From an uncultured Opitutaceae bacterium (lineage in GTDB: Bacteria; Verrucomicrobiota; Verrucomicrobiia; Opitutales; Opitutaceae), in assembly GCA_964574435.1 (NCBI GenBank), contig CAZNNO010000009.1, forward strand, positions 3,828 through 67,827: a DNA stretch of 64,000 nt, written 5' to 3'. Shown piece by piece: positions 9,601 through 17,086 of the stretch (positions are counted from its first letter, which is position 1; each line of letters begins with the position of its first letter). Made by a program: the position numbers and the translations under genes. A model generated the notes under the pieces. It ran no database searches. It saw only the letters and a list, made by a program, of their open reading frames with translations, and was not told where the DNA came from.

Positions 9601-10498
9601 GGTCGATGCGGTTGAGCGTCCCAAGGCCCCTTTCCGAGAGGCGCCGCTCCGGATGACCGGGCGTCTCGAACGGGTCGGGAATCCCGATCCGCTCCTGCTT
9701 CTCGCCGCCCTCCTCGAAGATCCGCAGGATGTTCGACGGCTGGCCGAGCTCGAAGCGGGGCAGCGGCTCGAGGTAGGGAAGGATGCCGTTGAGCCGGGTC
9801 AGCTCCGGGGAGACGGGCACGGGGCTCTCCAGCCGCAGGGCCTCGCCATTGGCCCCGTACGCCTGACCGTAGCGCGGGTTCTTGAACGGAACCGCGCCGT
9901 TGTTATAGAGGGCGGCGCCCCAGAGCATCGCCCCGTGGTTCATCATGCTCTTGCCGACATGCTGGACTATCTCGCCGTGGCATAACCCGCAGGCCTTGTC
10001 CGCCACCCGCAGATCCGCCGGGTTCACGAACCGGATGAACTCCTCCGACTCGTGGTTGAGCAGGACCGAGGAGTCGGAGGGTTTTGCCGAGCTCTGCCAG
10101 AAGACCGGGTTGCGCGGCGCGACGTGGGCCTTTCGCATCGTCAGCCCGGGTGTCGGGTCGCCTCCGTGGCAGTCGACGCAGCCGAGGACCACGAAGGGCG
10201 AGGCGTGCATGTCCTCGACTCCGCTGTGGCACTGCAGGCAGCCGGCGCTCTTGCGCCGGGCCGCCTCCGGGCTCTGGTCCACGAGGGTGGCCTCCTTCGG
10301 CGCAGGCAGGGGGGCATCGGACGAGCGCGCGTCCCGCGAGACGGAGATCGGCGGACCAAAGAGCGTCGGTCCCGCCGGGGCCTGGGCTGCGCCTGGGGTC
10401 CCCGCCGGCTGCGCGAGCGAACACAGCGCCAGGCCCGCGCCCGCGACGGCCGCGATCAGGCGCTGGGCGCGTACGGGCTTCTTCGGTGGGAAAGGCAT
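6611..10498 (-). CDS. Secreted decahaem c-type cytochrome fused to a C-terminal LVIVD-repeat beta-propeller
   Basis: ATG at 10498. Sec-type signal peptide (RLIAAVAGAGLALCSLAQP). Ten CXXCH motifs in the first ~800 aa (CLQCH, CVDCH, CGLCH, CAACH, CITCH, CVDCH, CIDCH, CQICH, CFGCH, CTDCH). The C-terminal ~450 aa carries repeated GFEVFDVANVDN, GLVVVDVSDPTKP, GVKVLDLADPDNP, GLAIVDIKNPASP and GLRVLQMISPEN units typical of LVIVD repeats. Confidence 0.85.
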   Translation of the reverse strand: MPFPPKKPVRAQRLIAAVAGAGLALCSLAQPAGTPGAAQAPAGPTLFGPPISVSRDARSSDAPLPAPKEATLVDQSPEAARRKSAGCLQCHSGVEDMHASPFVVLGCVDCHGGDPTPGLTMRKAHVAPRNPVFWQSSAKPSDSSVLLNHESEEFIRFVNPADLRVADKACGLCHGEIVQHVGKSMMNHGAMLWGAALYNNGAVPFKNPRYGQAYGANGEALRLESPVPVSPELTRLNGILPYLEPLPRFELGQPSNILRIFEEGGEKQERIGIPDPFETPGHPERRLSERGLGTLNRIDPVFLNLQKTRLHDPLLGFMGSNDHPGDYRSSGCAACHVVYANDRSPTNSGWWSKYGNQGLSFTGDPMISKREKAHPIRHQFTRSIPSSQCITCHMHQGNLFVNPFLGYIWWDQESDGEFMYPASQRNPTEAEVAASLQRNPEAAAARGLWGDPDFLEKVAELNPKLKQTQFADYHGHGWVFRAVFKKDREGNLLTLDDKPIDHDDPAKFTKAVHLKDVHLARGMQCVDCHFGTDVHGNGLLYGEPRAATAIECIDCHGTVERRPTLVTTGNSGTFEDGKVEPSDLSKGSTPWGPRFFWVGRRLYQRSMMTPDVVWEVPQTIDTINPASEHYNPKSAYAKTLRRDGVTWGDVPANPVIISEQLAHANSNISCQICHTSWATSCFGCHLPMRANKMVQANKFEGTTTRNYTSYNPQVVRDDVFMLGKDATYKGNRLAVLRSSSAVIVGSQNANREWIYSQQQTISAEGYSGQAFNPHFPHTTSSVGTTKNCTDCHLSASNDNNAWVTQLLGFGTGTVNFFGRYAYVGSGRDGFDAVAWTEREEPQAPLGSHLQRLAYPDNYRLHVEANAGVLKEGWHHDGEDIRDLTLRGEYLYTANGPGGFEVFDVANVDNKGFSERIVSAPVSPLGQRLWVRTKYATSVALPSTLGIDPLRTHRPENEEQPISLVYGYVYVTDRYEGLVDVMVGTLLDGDPTNNFFRDSDVTRFNPGGALDGATHAYVAGRRLYVTCTAGLVVVDVSDPTKPRITGRTPAGFLRNPRSLAVQFLYAFVTDDDGVKVLDLADPDNPAPLAGATVPLRDAQGLYAARTYLYVADGSEGLAIVDIKNPASPSLREIFSAGGQLNDTRAVQIGSVSASMYALVADGKNGLRVLQMISPENVPGYMGFSPAPNPRLIATYPTRGAAVAVSRGLDRDRVVDETGNQTVVFGRRGSRPFNAGEFDAFLRREGRLYRVEDVAVKDGRLQTASGQALAPTRAFAEEQPEVAPPPESGRLVRRPAD

Positions 10499-10516
10499 GG
10501 CGATGGTGGCCCGGGT

Positions 10517-12841
10517 TCAGTAGGTGAACGTTCCGGCGAGAATTGCGCTGTACAAAAATTGGTCAACCTTGCCGCTCGAGGCGGGCGTGAATCCGGGCAC
10601 GGCCGGCACCGTGTTCGTGTAGATGTCCCGGTAGCCGCTTCCGGGAAGCAGGACACCGCAGCCGGCGGAGATAATGACGTTGCTAATGAGGAAGGGGCGC
10701 CACTGGAACCCGAGGCTCAGGTCGAAGCCGATGCTGCGGCCCGCCTGGTTTGTCATGAGGACCGTCTTCAGGGTGTCGGTCGAGTCAAACTGGAGGTAGT
10801 TTGCGTTCGCGAAGGCCCGAAGCTTCGGGGTAATGTCCGCCTCGGCGCCCAGGCCGTACAGCAGCAGGCCCGGATTCACGAAATTGGACTGTCCCTCGAA
10901 GGAGCCTCCCGCGCGAAGGTCGGGAAGCAGGCTGAAGCGCTGCTTGAGCGGGACCGACGTCCCGCCGAGGTTGAAGCTTTGGCGCACCCAGTAGCTGAAC
11001 GGCCCCCCGGTGAAGTTCGTGTTGTCCTCGATCGAGTCAAAGCCCGTTGCGCGCCCGCCCTGAGGGTCCCTGTCGCCCGACGCGTAGAAGAACGAGGCCT
11101 TGTAGCGGATCCAGTCCCTGTCGAAGCTCAGCTCGATCGCCGCCATCTCCGCCAAGATGTCCTCCGGGCGCCCCGCAAGGCCGTTGAACTCGTCGCGGCC
11201 TGTGACGAGATAGAGGGCGTCATCCACGTTCAGCTTGCCGATATGACCGTCCCCGGTCAGCCCGATGTAGTAGCTGTCGACGCGGTGGGCTCGAACCGTG
11301 CCGATCGGCGCGGGGCGAACAAGGAATCCGTTCGTGTCGTACTTGGTGCCCGGCTGGTCGAAGCTGCCCAGGACGCTGAGCTCCGTGGTGAACCCGGGGA
11401 ACAGCGAGTCCTGGCGGTAGACGTTCGCGACCGCCACGAGCTGGCCGCGCCTCTGGAAAGTGTTGAGGTCCGAGTCCGTGTCCTTCTCGCGCAGGTCGAA
11501 CAGGGCGAGGTTGTATTGCCACTTGTTGTTGCCGTAGTTGCCGAAGAAGCGGGCGCCGAGGTTCGTGTCGTTGAATATGAAGCCGCGGAAGTCGCTGTTG
11601 AACGTCTGGTTTCCGACGTCGACGGCGCAGAAGTCGTAGTTGGGGGACAGGTCGGCGAGGTGCACCTCGAGGAACGCCTCCTGGAGCGAAACGTAGGTCC
11701 TGTCCCGGGATGTCGCCTGGGTGCCGGCCAGGCTTCCCGGGGCGGGAGTGAGCCCCCCGAGGAGCGAGCCCACGTCGCCCGGGTTTGTGACCCCACCGTC
11801 GTCCGTTCCCGTCCCGTTCGAGGTCAGCGACCCGGTCGGGCTCGGGGAAACCTGGGCCGTCTCGCGGAAATCCACGTGGTTGAAGTCGAAGACGGGCTTG
11901 ATATGCACCAGCCAGTCGACCGGCTTGAACACCGTGTCCCCCTTGAAGAGGTCGAACTCGAGCGCGAGGTCCGACGTGAAGAGCCGCGAGCCGCTGTTCC
12001 CGTAGAAATTGAAGCTTCCCGCGGACGCCGCGCTCGGGCCGCTGGGAACCGGCAGCGTCCGGTCCTCGCCGACAAAGTCGGCCGTCGCGGTGAGCCTGAG
12101 GAACACGTCCTGGCCGCTTATCGGCAGGTCTCCCTTGAGCATGCTCTGGCGGTAATAGTGCCAGAACTCGGGATCGGAATGAAAATACGGCATCTCCTCG
12201 GTGTCGCCGGAGGTGTAGCGGCGCCAGGGCTCGAAGCCTTCCCGCCAGCGGTCGGGCACGGGCCGCGCCCCGGGGAACGCGCCGGGGGTGTCCGCAGGCG
12301 GGTAGGAGCCCGGGGCGCTCCAGTGGCCCGGGATGAACTCGTCCTCGCGCACGCCCGCCCTCGGGAGCCTGAGCGGCGCGGGGAGGGGCTCCTGGCCGTA
12401 GCCGGACGGCGCGGCGGCCTCGGGGGCCTGCGCGATCTGGACCCGCTCGAGGGGCCCGCGGGCCACGCTGACCTGCGCGGTCTCCTGCTTGGCCGGCTCC
12501 GCGGCCTGGAACGTCGAGAAAAGGGAAGGCTCCGGTGCGGGCGCCACTGCCTGCCAGGCTCCGGGGTCCGGGTCGAACTGGAGCGCGGGCTGGGCGCCAT
12601 TGCCCTCTGGGATACGCCTGAGCACGAGGACAGGCGGGGGAAGCGCCACGGGCGGCGCCGGCAGGGGCGCGCCCGGATCGACGTGGACATCGCTCGGCGC
12701 CGCGGGAGGCGTTCCCCTGGACTCCCGTTGCATGGGGCGCGGCTTGTCGGCGGGCAGGACGTCGGGCGCGACCGCGGGGCCGCTCCGGCAAGCCGCCAGG
12801 GCGACAAGGACGAAGGCCGACGTCAGCAGCGCTCGCCTCAT
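10517..12841 (-). CDS. Large outer-membrane beta-barrel lipoprotein (porin-like component)
   Basis: The internal ATG at 12841 gives MRRALLTSAFVLVALAACRSG (lipobox LAAC) and overlaps the upstream stop by 4 nt (ATGA). A ~200-aa Pro/Ala-rich linker is followed by ~550 aa with alternating hydrophobic/polar, Gly/Asp/Asn/Tyr/Phe-rich barrel-type composition, ending ...LAGTFTY with a C-terminal aromatic residue. The longer ORF to 13072 is rejected. Confidence 0.7.
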   Translation of the reverse strand: MRRALLTSAFVLVALAACRSGPAVAPDVLPADKPRPMQRESRGTPPAAPSDVHVDPGAPLPAPPVALPPPVLVLRRIPEGNGAQPALQFDPDPGAWQAVAPAPEPSLFSTFQAAEPAKQETAQVSVARGPLERVQIAQAPEAAAPSGYGQEPLPAPLRLPRAGVREDEFIPGHWSAPGSYPPADTPGAFPGARPVPDRWREGFEPWRRYTSGDTEEMPYFHSDPEFWHYYRQSMLKGDLPISGQDVFLRLTATADFVGEDRTLPVPSGPSAASAGSFNFYGNSGSRLFTSDLALEFDLFKGDTVFKPVDWLVHIKPVFDFNHVDFRETAQVSPSPTGSLTSNGTGTDDGGVTNPGDVGSLLGGLTPAPGSLAGTQATSRDRTYVSLQEAFLEVHLADLSPNYDFCAVDVGNQTFNSDFRGFIFNDTNLGARFFGNYGNNKWQYNLALFDLREKDTDSDLNTFQRRGQLVAVANVYRQDSLFPGFTTELSVLGSFDQPGTKYDTNGFLVRPAPIGTVRAHRVDSYYIGLTGDGHIGKLNVDDALYLVTGRDEFNGLAGRPEDILAEMAAIELSFDRDWIRYKASFFYASGDRDPQGGRATGFDSIEDNTNFTGGPFSYWVRQSFNLGGTSVPLKQRFSLLPDLRAGGSFEGQSNFVNPGLLLYGLGAEADITPKLRAFANANYLQFDSTDTLKTVLMTNQAGRSIGFDLSLGFQWRPFLISNVIISAGCGVLLPGSGYRDIYTNTVPAVPGFTPASSGKVDQFLYSAILAGTFTY

Positions 12842-14541
12842 GGCAGCTTCGCCGTCAACGACCCCCTGGACAGCATCGCCGGCATGTTGTGGTAGACGTG
12901 GCAGGTCGTGCAGCTGTGCGCGACGCCGCCCTTCGGGCTGTGGCATCGGACGCAGCTCTGCTGCGTCGGAAGGATGACGTCGGAGGTGCGCTCGCTTGCG
13001 GCCGCCGCGTGGCACTCGGTGCAGGCCATGGCCGAGTGGGCCGAATGGCGGAACGAAGCGCCGAGCAGCCACCGGTCGGGCGTCTCCGGGGGCGTCACCT
13101 GGGGAACCGCGCTCCCGCGCCAGGCGACGTCGTGGCAGAGCGCGCAGCCCGCGAATTTCGCCCGCTCCTCTCCTCCACCGGCGGCCGGCATGGTCTTGCC
13201 GTTGCTGAGAAAGACCTCCCGCTCAAGTTCCTCGCCGCTGTGCGCGCGCTGGCGCAGCGACTCGAGCTTGCGCCGCACAAAGGCCTCGACCTCCCTTTGG
13301 GAGGAGATCCCGAGCTTGCGAACGGCGAAGTCGGCGTACTGGACTGGGAGGCTTCGCAGGAACGCCCGCACGAACGCCGCGTTGCCGTGCGGAAGGTTCA
13401 TCCCGGGCGTCCGTTCGTCGAAGTCGAGTGCGTGGCAGGCGCGGCATGAGCCCTCGAAGGAGATCCGGGACATGTAGGCCCCGGAGGCGTCGGGCCTGTG
13501 GCAGTAGGCGCAGTCGAGCGGACGGCCGTCCACCAGCGGGATGTCGGTGCCGACCAGGTGGAGACGGTGGTTGAAGCGGAGCGTGTTGACGTCCTGGGAC
13601 TTGTCGCGCAGCACCCGGAACTCGGGGTGATCGGCGGCAAACCCCGTAATCACCTCGGTGTATCCGTCGACAGGCCTGCGCACCGAATGAACGACGAGGC
13701 CGGGAGGGGCCGGACGCTCGAACAGGATCGCCGGCAGGGGCCGGCTCAGCTGGCGCGACGCCTGCATCTGCCTTGGGTCGCCGTGGCACGCGATGCAGTT
13801 CTGCCCGGATACCGCCAGCATCGGGCCGGAGCCCTGGTGCTCCCGGTGGCAGACGGGGCACGAGGTTGCGCGCGCCACGTCGGCCTCGTGGAAGCCCCGC
13901 GCCGCATGGCAGGCCAGGCAAGAACGGTCCATGCGCGAGAAATCCTTCGGGTGATCGCCCGTCAGGTCCGCGAAGCGAAGCGAGGTCCGGGAGGCCGCGA
14001 GGGCATCCAGGGCTAGGTCGCTGAACGTCGAATTCGCGACCGCATGGCAGAGGACGCAGCCCTGCCCGCCCTTCGCGCCCGGCACGCCCGCGGCCAGGTG
14101 CGCGAATTCGGGGCCCGAATGCTGCCGGGAGAGCGGCCGGGGATTTATGAAAATGTCCCGCGCCGAACCCGACAGGCCGACCAGGAGCGCCCCAAGCGCC
14201 GCCGCGGTCACCGCAAGGGCGACCTGGCCGCGGCGCGCCCGCAGGCTGCGCACCGGCTTGCATCGGGGGACCGCGCGGCAGCACGCGCCGTCGGGCAGCG
14301 GCCCGGCCTCGCACGGGCCGCCCCAGTCTTCGGGCCGCGTGCAAACCCACGTGCCCTTTGTTTCGCCCGGCTTGAGCGCGAGACGCGGGGCGCACTCCGT
14401 CGTTGCGCGGCATTTGCCGGTCGGACTCGGGCCGATGCGGCACGGGCACCCGTCCTTCGCGTTGCCGCACACCCAGTCCTTGTTCGGGCGCTCGTAGCGG
14501 CCGCTATTGAAGTCCGGCGTGGGCGCTCTTCCCTCGCTCAT
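12838..14541 (-). CDS. Signal-anchored decahaem c-type cytochrome with N-terminal cytoplasmic Cys-rich domain
   Basis: ATG at 14541 overlaps the upstream stop (ATGA). Residues ~20-95 contain 10 Cys (WVCGNAKDGCPC..GKC..TEC..WVC..GPC..ACC..PRC). These are followed by RSLRARRGQ and one TM helix (VALAVTAAALGALLVGL), then ten CXXCH motifs (CVLCH, CLACH, CPVCH, CIACH, CAYCH, CRACH, CALCH, CTECH, CVRCH, CTTCH). Confidence 0.85.
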   Translation of the reverse strand: MSEGRAPTPDFNSGRYERPNKDWVCGNAKDGCPCRIGPSPTGKCRATTECAPRLALKPGETKGTWVCTRPEDWGGPCEAGPLPDGACCRAVPRCKPVRSLRARRGQVALAVTAAALGALLVGLSGSARDIFINPRPLSRQHSGPEFAHLAAGVPGAKGGQGCVLCHAVANSTFSDLALDALAASRTSLRFADLTGDHPKDFSRMDRSCLACHAARGFHEADVARATSCPVCHREHQGSGPMLAVSGQNCIACHGDPRQMQASRQLSRPLPAILFERPAPPGLVVHSVRRPVDGYTEVITGFAADHPEFRVLRDKSQDVNTLRFNHRLHLVGTDIPLVDGRPLDCAYCHRPDASGAYMSRISFEGSCRACHALDFDERTPGMNLPHGNAAFVRAFLRSLPVQYADFAVRKLGISSQREVEAFVRRKLESLRQRAHSGEELEREVFLSNGKTMPAAGGGEERAKFAGCALCHDVAWRGSAVPQVTPPETPDRWLLGASFRHSAHSAMACTECHAAAASERTSDVILPTQQSCVRCHSPKGGVAHSCTTCHVYHNMPAMLSRGSLTAKLP

Positions 14542-15365
14542 CGCGCCCCCCCTGAAAAAGCATAGACCAACACGACATGCACGCCCGTGAACGTCAGCAT
14601 CGCATAGGTCAGCGGTATGTGGACAAACAGCCAGCCCTTCAGGACGAGCTGCATCGAGCGGTGGAGGTCGAGGGCGTCCTTCTCGCGCACCAGAGCCGCG
14701 AGCTCGACCGCCGCCGACTTCTCAAAGTGGCTCAGGTACTTCTTGATCTCCCCGATGTCCGCAAGGAGCCTGTTCAGGGTGTGGCGGGAGCCAAGCAGAT
14801 GCGGCCCGAAGTTCGCCGGGCCGGCGAAGAAGCCGCTCAGCCTCGCGGCGTAGAAGTCGGCAAGGGTCGTCGCGCCCGCCGTGGGGATGCCGGCGACCAC
14901 AAGGGCCTCGGCGCGCTCGCGCAGCGACCGGCGGATGGACGGGATTCGCTCGTAGGGGACCTCGCCCCCGGCGCTCGTCAGCCTGCGCGGCAGGACGCTC
15001 GAAAGCCACCAGCCGGCGATGCCGCTCAGCGTTACCCCGACGAAGAGCGCGGCCAGCGTTGCCTCGAACGGCCCCCGGGGAAGGCGCCGGCCCGCGTGCA
15101 TGAAAAATACGATGGCCGTCAGCATCCCAATCCAGGAATGAAGCCGCATCCAGGTCCGAGAGCTCACTAGCGGCAGGAAGGCGATCTTCTTGCGCAGGTT
15201 GTAGGCGGTCAGGAAAAGCGTCAGGGCAAACAGAACCCACCCCGTGAGGTAGGCCAGGCGGGGGTTAACCGTCTCGGCCCTGCTGAACGCCCAGATGGCC
15301 GCTGCCGCGGCCCCGGTCGCCGCGGCCGGATAACCGGCCCGCCTTAGGATCCGGCCCGCCTTCAT
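14538..15365 (-). CDS. Polytopic membrane protein with four intramembrane His (candidate dihaem b-type cytochrome)
   Basis: ATG at 15365 (MKAGRIL) overlaps the upstream stop by 4 nt. About 5 predicted TM helices, with His in helices at WMRLHSWIG, VFFMHAG, LFVHIPL and FTGVHVVL, plus a ~110-aa soluble loop. Haem b binding is an inference. Confidence 0.65.
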   Translation of the reverse strand: MKAGRILRRAGYPAAATGAAAAAIWAFSRAETVNPRLAYLTGWVLFALTLFLTAYNLRKKIAFLPLVSSRTWMRLHSWIGMLTAIVFFMHAGRRLPRGPFEATLAALFVGVTLSGIAGWWLSSVLPRRLTSAGGEVPYERIPSIRRSLRERAEALVVAGIPTAGATTLADFYAARLSGFFAGPANFGPHLLGSRHTLNRLLADIGEIKKYLSHFEKSAAVELAALVREKDALDLHRSMQLVLKGWLFVHIPLTYAMLTFTGVHVVLVYAFSGGAR

Positions 15366-17086
15366 CTTTGAATCCAGCTCACGAGCTCGTCGAGCGTGTT
15401 GAGGTTGATCCTTTTCAGCGCGTCGTGAGGGCACGCGCGCTCGCAGGCCGGCCCCCCGTACTGGTCATTGCAGAGGTCGCACTTGGTCGCCTTGTGGATC
15501 GGGTTGGAATCGCTCGCGAGGAGGATGGCCCCCTTTCGGTCGCGCTGCTCGACCATGCGGATGGCCCCGTACGGGCAGTTGTTGGCACAGGCCGAGCAGC
15601 CGATGCAGCTCGAAGGGTTGATGACGACGTTTCCCTCAAAGGTCTCGCGGTGGATGGCGCCCGTCGGGCACCCGATCATGCAGATCGGGTCCGTGCAGTG
15701 CATGCAGGCCTGGGCCACCATGAGGTTGTTGTGGATGGGGCCGTGCCTCAGGAAGCGCGGGTTGTTGTCATGAGTGGCGGCGCACGCCCGGACGCAGTCG
15801 TCGCACCGGGTGCAGTGGTCCAGGTCGATGACCATGGTCTTCGTCCCGTTGAAGAACCTGTTCTGGGTGACGAATTCCATGACCTCCGCCGCCACGCGCG
15901 CGTCGGGCGACTCCGGTGAGGAGGCGGGCCTGAGACGCGCGTCGGCGCGGCGGTCGCCCTCGATCGGGGGCGGAAGCATGGCGTCGGGCATCGCCGGCAG
16001 CACGATCTCCTCTATGATGGAGGCCGGTATCACGAGCACATGCGTGTACCCGATGACGCGAAGGGTGTGCTGGAGGGCGACGTGGTCGTTCGGCCGGCGC
16101 CAGTTGTGAGCGATCTCGTCGAAGCCGTACATGCGTCCCGAGCCGAGGTAGCTGAGGGTGCGGTGCCCGCTTCCATAGCGCTGCGTGACGCGCGCGAACC
16201 CGGCCCGGATCATCACGACGCTGTTGGGGTAGTCGCCCTCGACCGCGATCGTCGGCTCCTGCGCGGCCGAGGCCCCGGACTGCACGAGCTGCTTGTATTC
16301 GCCGGACCAGTCGTATTCCCCGTAAGTCTCGAACTGCGTCGCGTCCATCAGGCGCCTCTTGGCGTCCGCGCCGAGGAACCTCATGAACGGCAGCTCCTCC
16401 AGGTAGGTCGAGAGGGCCCTGTCCCTGTAGATCCCGTCGATGAACTTCCTGACTTGGGGGTCGTAGCGCATGAGGTCGCGCAGGCCCTGCCAGCGGATCT
16501 CGAGCATCTCGGCGCCACCGGCCTTTGCCAGGATTGTCGCGGTCCGAGGGAGTCGAGAAAGCGCGGCTATCTCGCCGAAGACGTCGCCGACGCTGATGGT
16601 CGCTGTGCGCTGGCCGCTCAGGACGCGCGGGATGTCCTGGAGGATGATGCCGGGCTCGGCGTCGCCCGACCGCGCCGCAGGGGTGTCGGCTCCCGCGCCC
16701 CCCTTCGCCACCTCGTCCTCGGCGGGATTCGTCCAGAGCTGGGCAAGCGCCCGGAACAGTCCCCGTCGGGCCGGTTCGCTTCGTCCCACGAGCCTCGGCG
16801 GCAGACCCGGGCTTAGGACGACCTCTGCGGAGCCCGACATGACCATGAAAGCCGAGTTCCCATAGTCGCCCTCGCGCACGATGATCTCGCCGGGCTTGAA
16901 CTGGCGCAGGCGCGCGTCGTTCCTAAGGATGTCGTGGAGCTGTGCCGATCTCGGGAAGCTCTCCGGGTTCATTTCCTTGAACGGGGGGATCCTCAGGAGC
17001 CGGCCCACGTCCATCTCGGACATGTCCTTGCTGAACGGGACATCCCACCGCCTCGGACGATTGAGACCGGACGTGGACTGGCTCAT
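15362..17086 (-). CDS. Two cyclic-nucleotide-binding domains fused to a four-cluster [4Fe-4S] ferredoxin (DmsB/NrfC-like), cytoplasmic
   Basis: ATG at 17086 (MSQSTSGLN) shares 1 nt with the upstream stop (TGATG). cNMP-type segments are FKPGEIIVREGDYGNSAFMVMSG...GDVFGEIAAL and a second AVEGDYPNSVVMIRAGFARV...GRMYGFDEI. The C-terminus has CTRCDDCVRAC, CMHCTDPICMIGCP, CIGCSACANNCP and CDLCND..ACERACP. No signal peptide. The upstream extension to 17431 is rejected. Confidence 0.85.
   Translation of the reverse strand: MSQSTSGLNRPRRWDVPFSKDMSEMDVGRLLRIPPFKEMNPESFPRSAQLHDILRNDARLRQFKPGEIIVREGDYGNSAFMVMSGSAEVVLSPGLPPRLVGRSEPARRGLFRALAQLWTNPAEDEVAKGGAGADTPAARSGDAEPGIILQDIPRVLSGQRTATISVGDVFGEIAALSRLPRTATILAKAGGAEMLEIRWQGLRDLMRYDPQVRKFIDGIYRDRALSTYLEELPFMRFLGADAKRRLMDATQFETYGEYDWSGEYKQLVQSGASAAQEPTIAVEGDYPNSVVMIRAGFARVTQRYGSGHRTLSYLGSGRMYGFDEIAHNWRRPNDHVALQHTLRVIGYTHVLVIPASIIEEIVLPAMPDAMLPPPIEGDRRADARLRPASSPESPDARVAAEVMEFVTQNRFFNGTKTMVIDLDHCTRCDDCVRACAATHDNNPRFLRHGPIHNNLMVAQACMHCTDPICMIGCPTGAIHRETFEGNVVINPSSCIGCSACANNCPYGAIRMVEQRDRKGAILLASDSNPIHKATKCDLCNDQYGGPACERACPHDALKRINLNTLDELVSWIQR

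Noticed and set aside
10052-12895. 947-aa plus-strand ORF
   Set aside because: It is antisense to the barrel-protein gene. Its composition is Arg/Gly/Ala/Glu-rich with no recognisable motifs, typical of spurious long antisense ORFs in high-GC DNA. The opposite strand has a lipobox, barrel-like composition and translational coupling.
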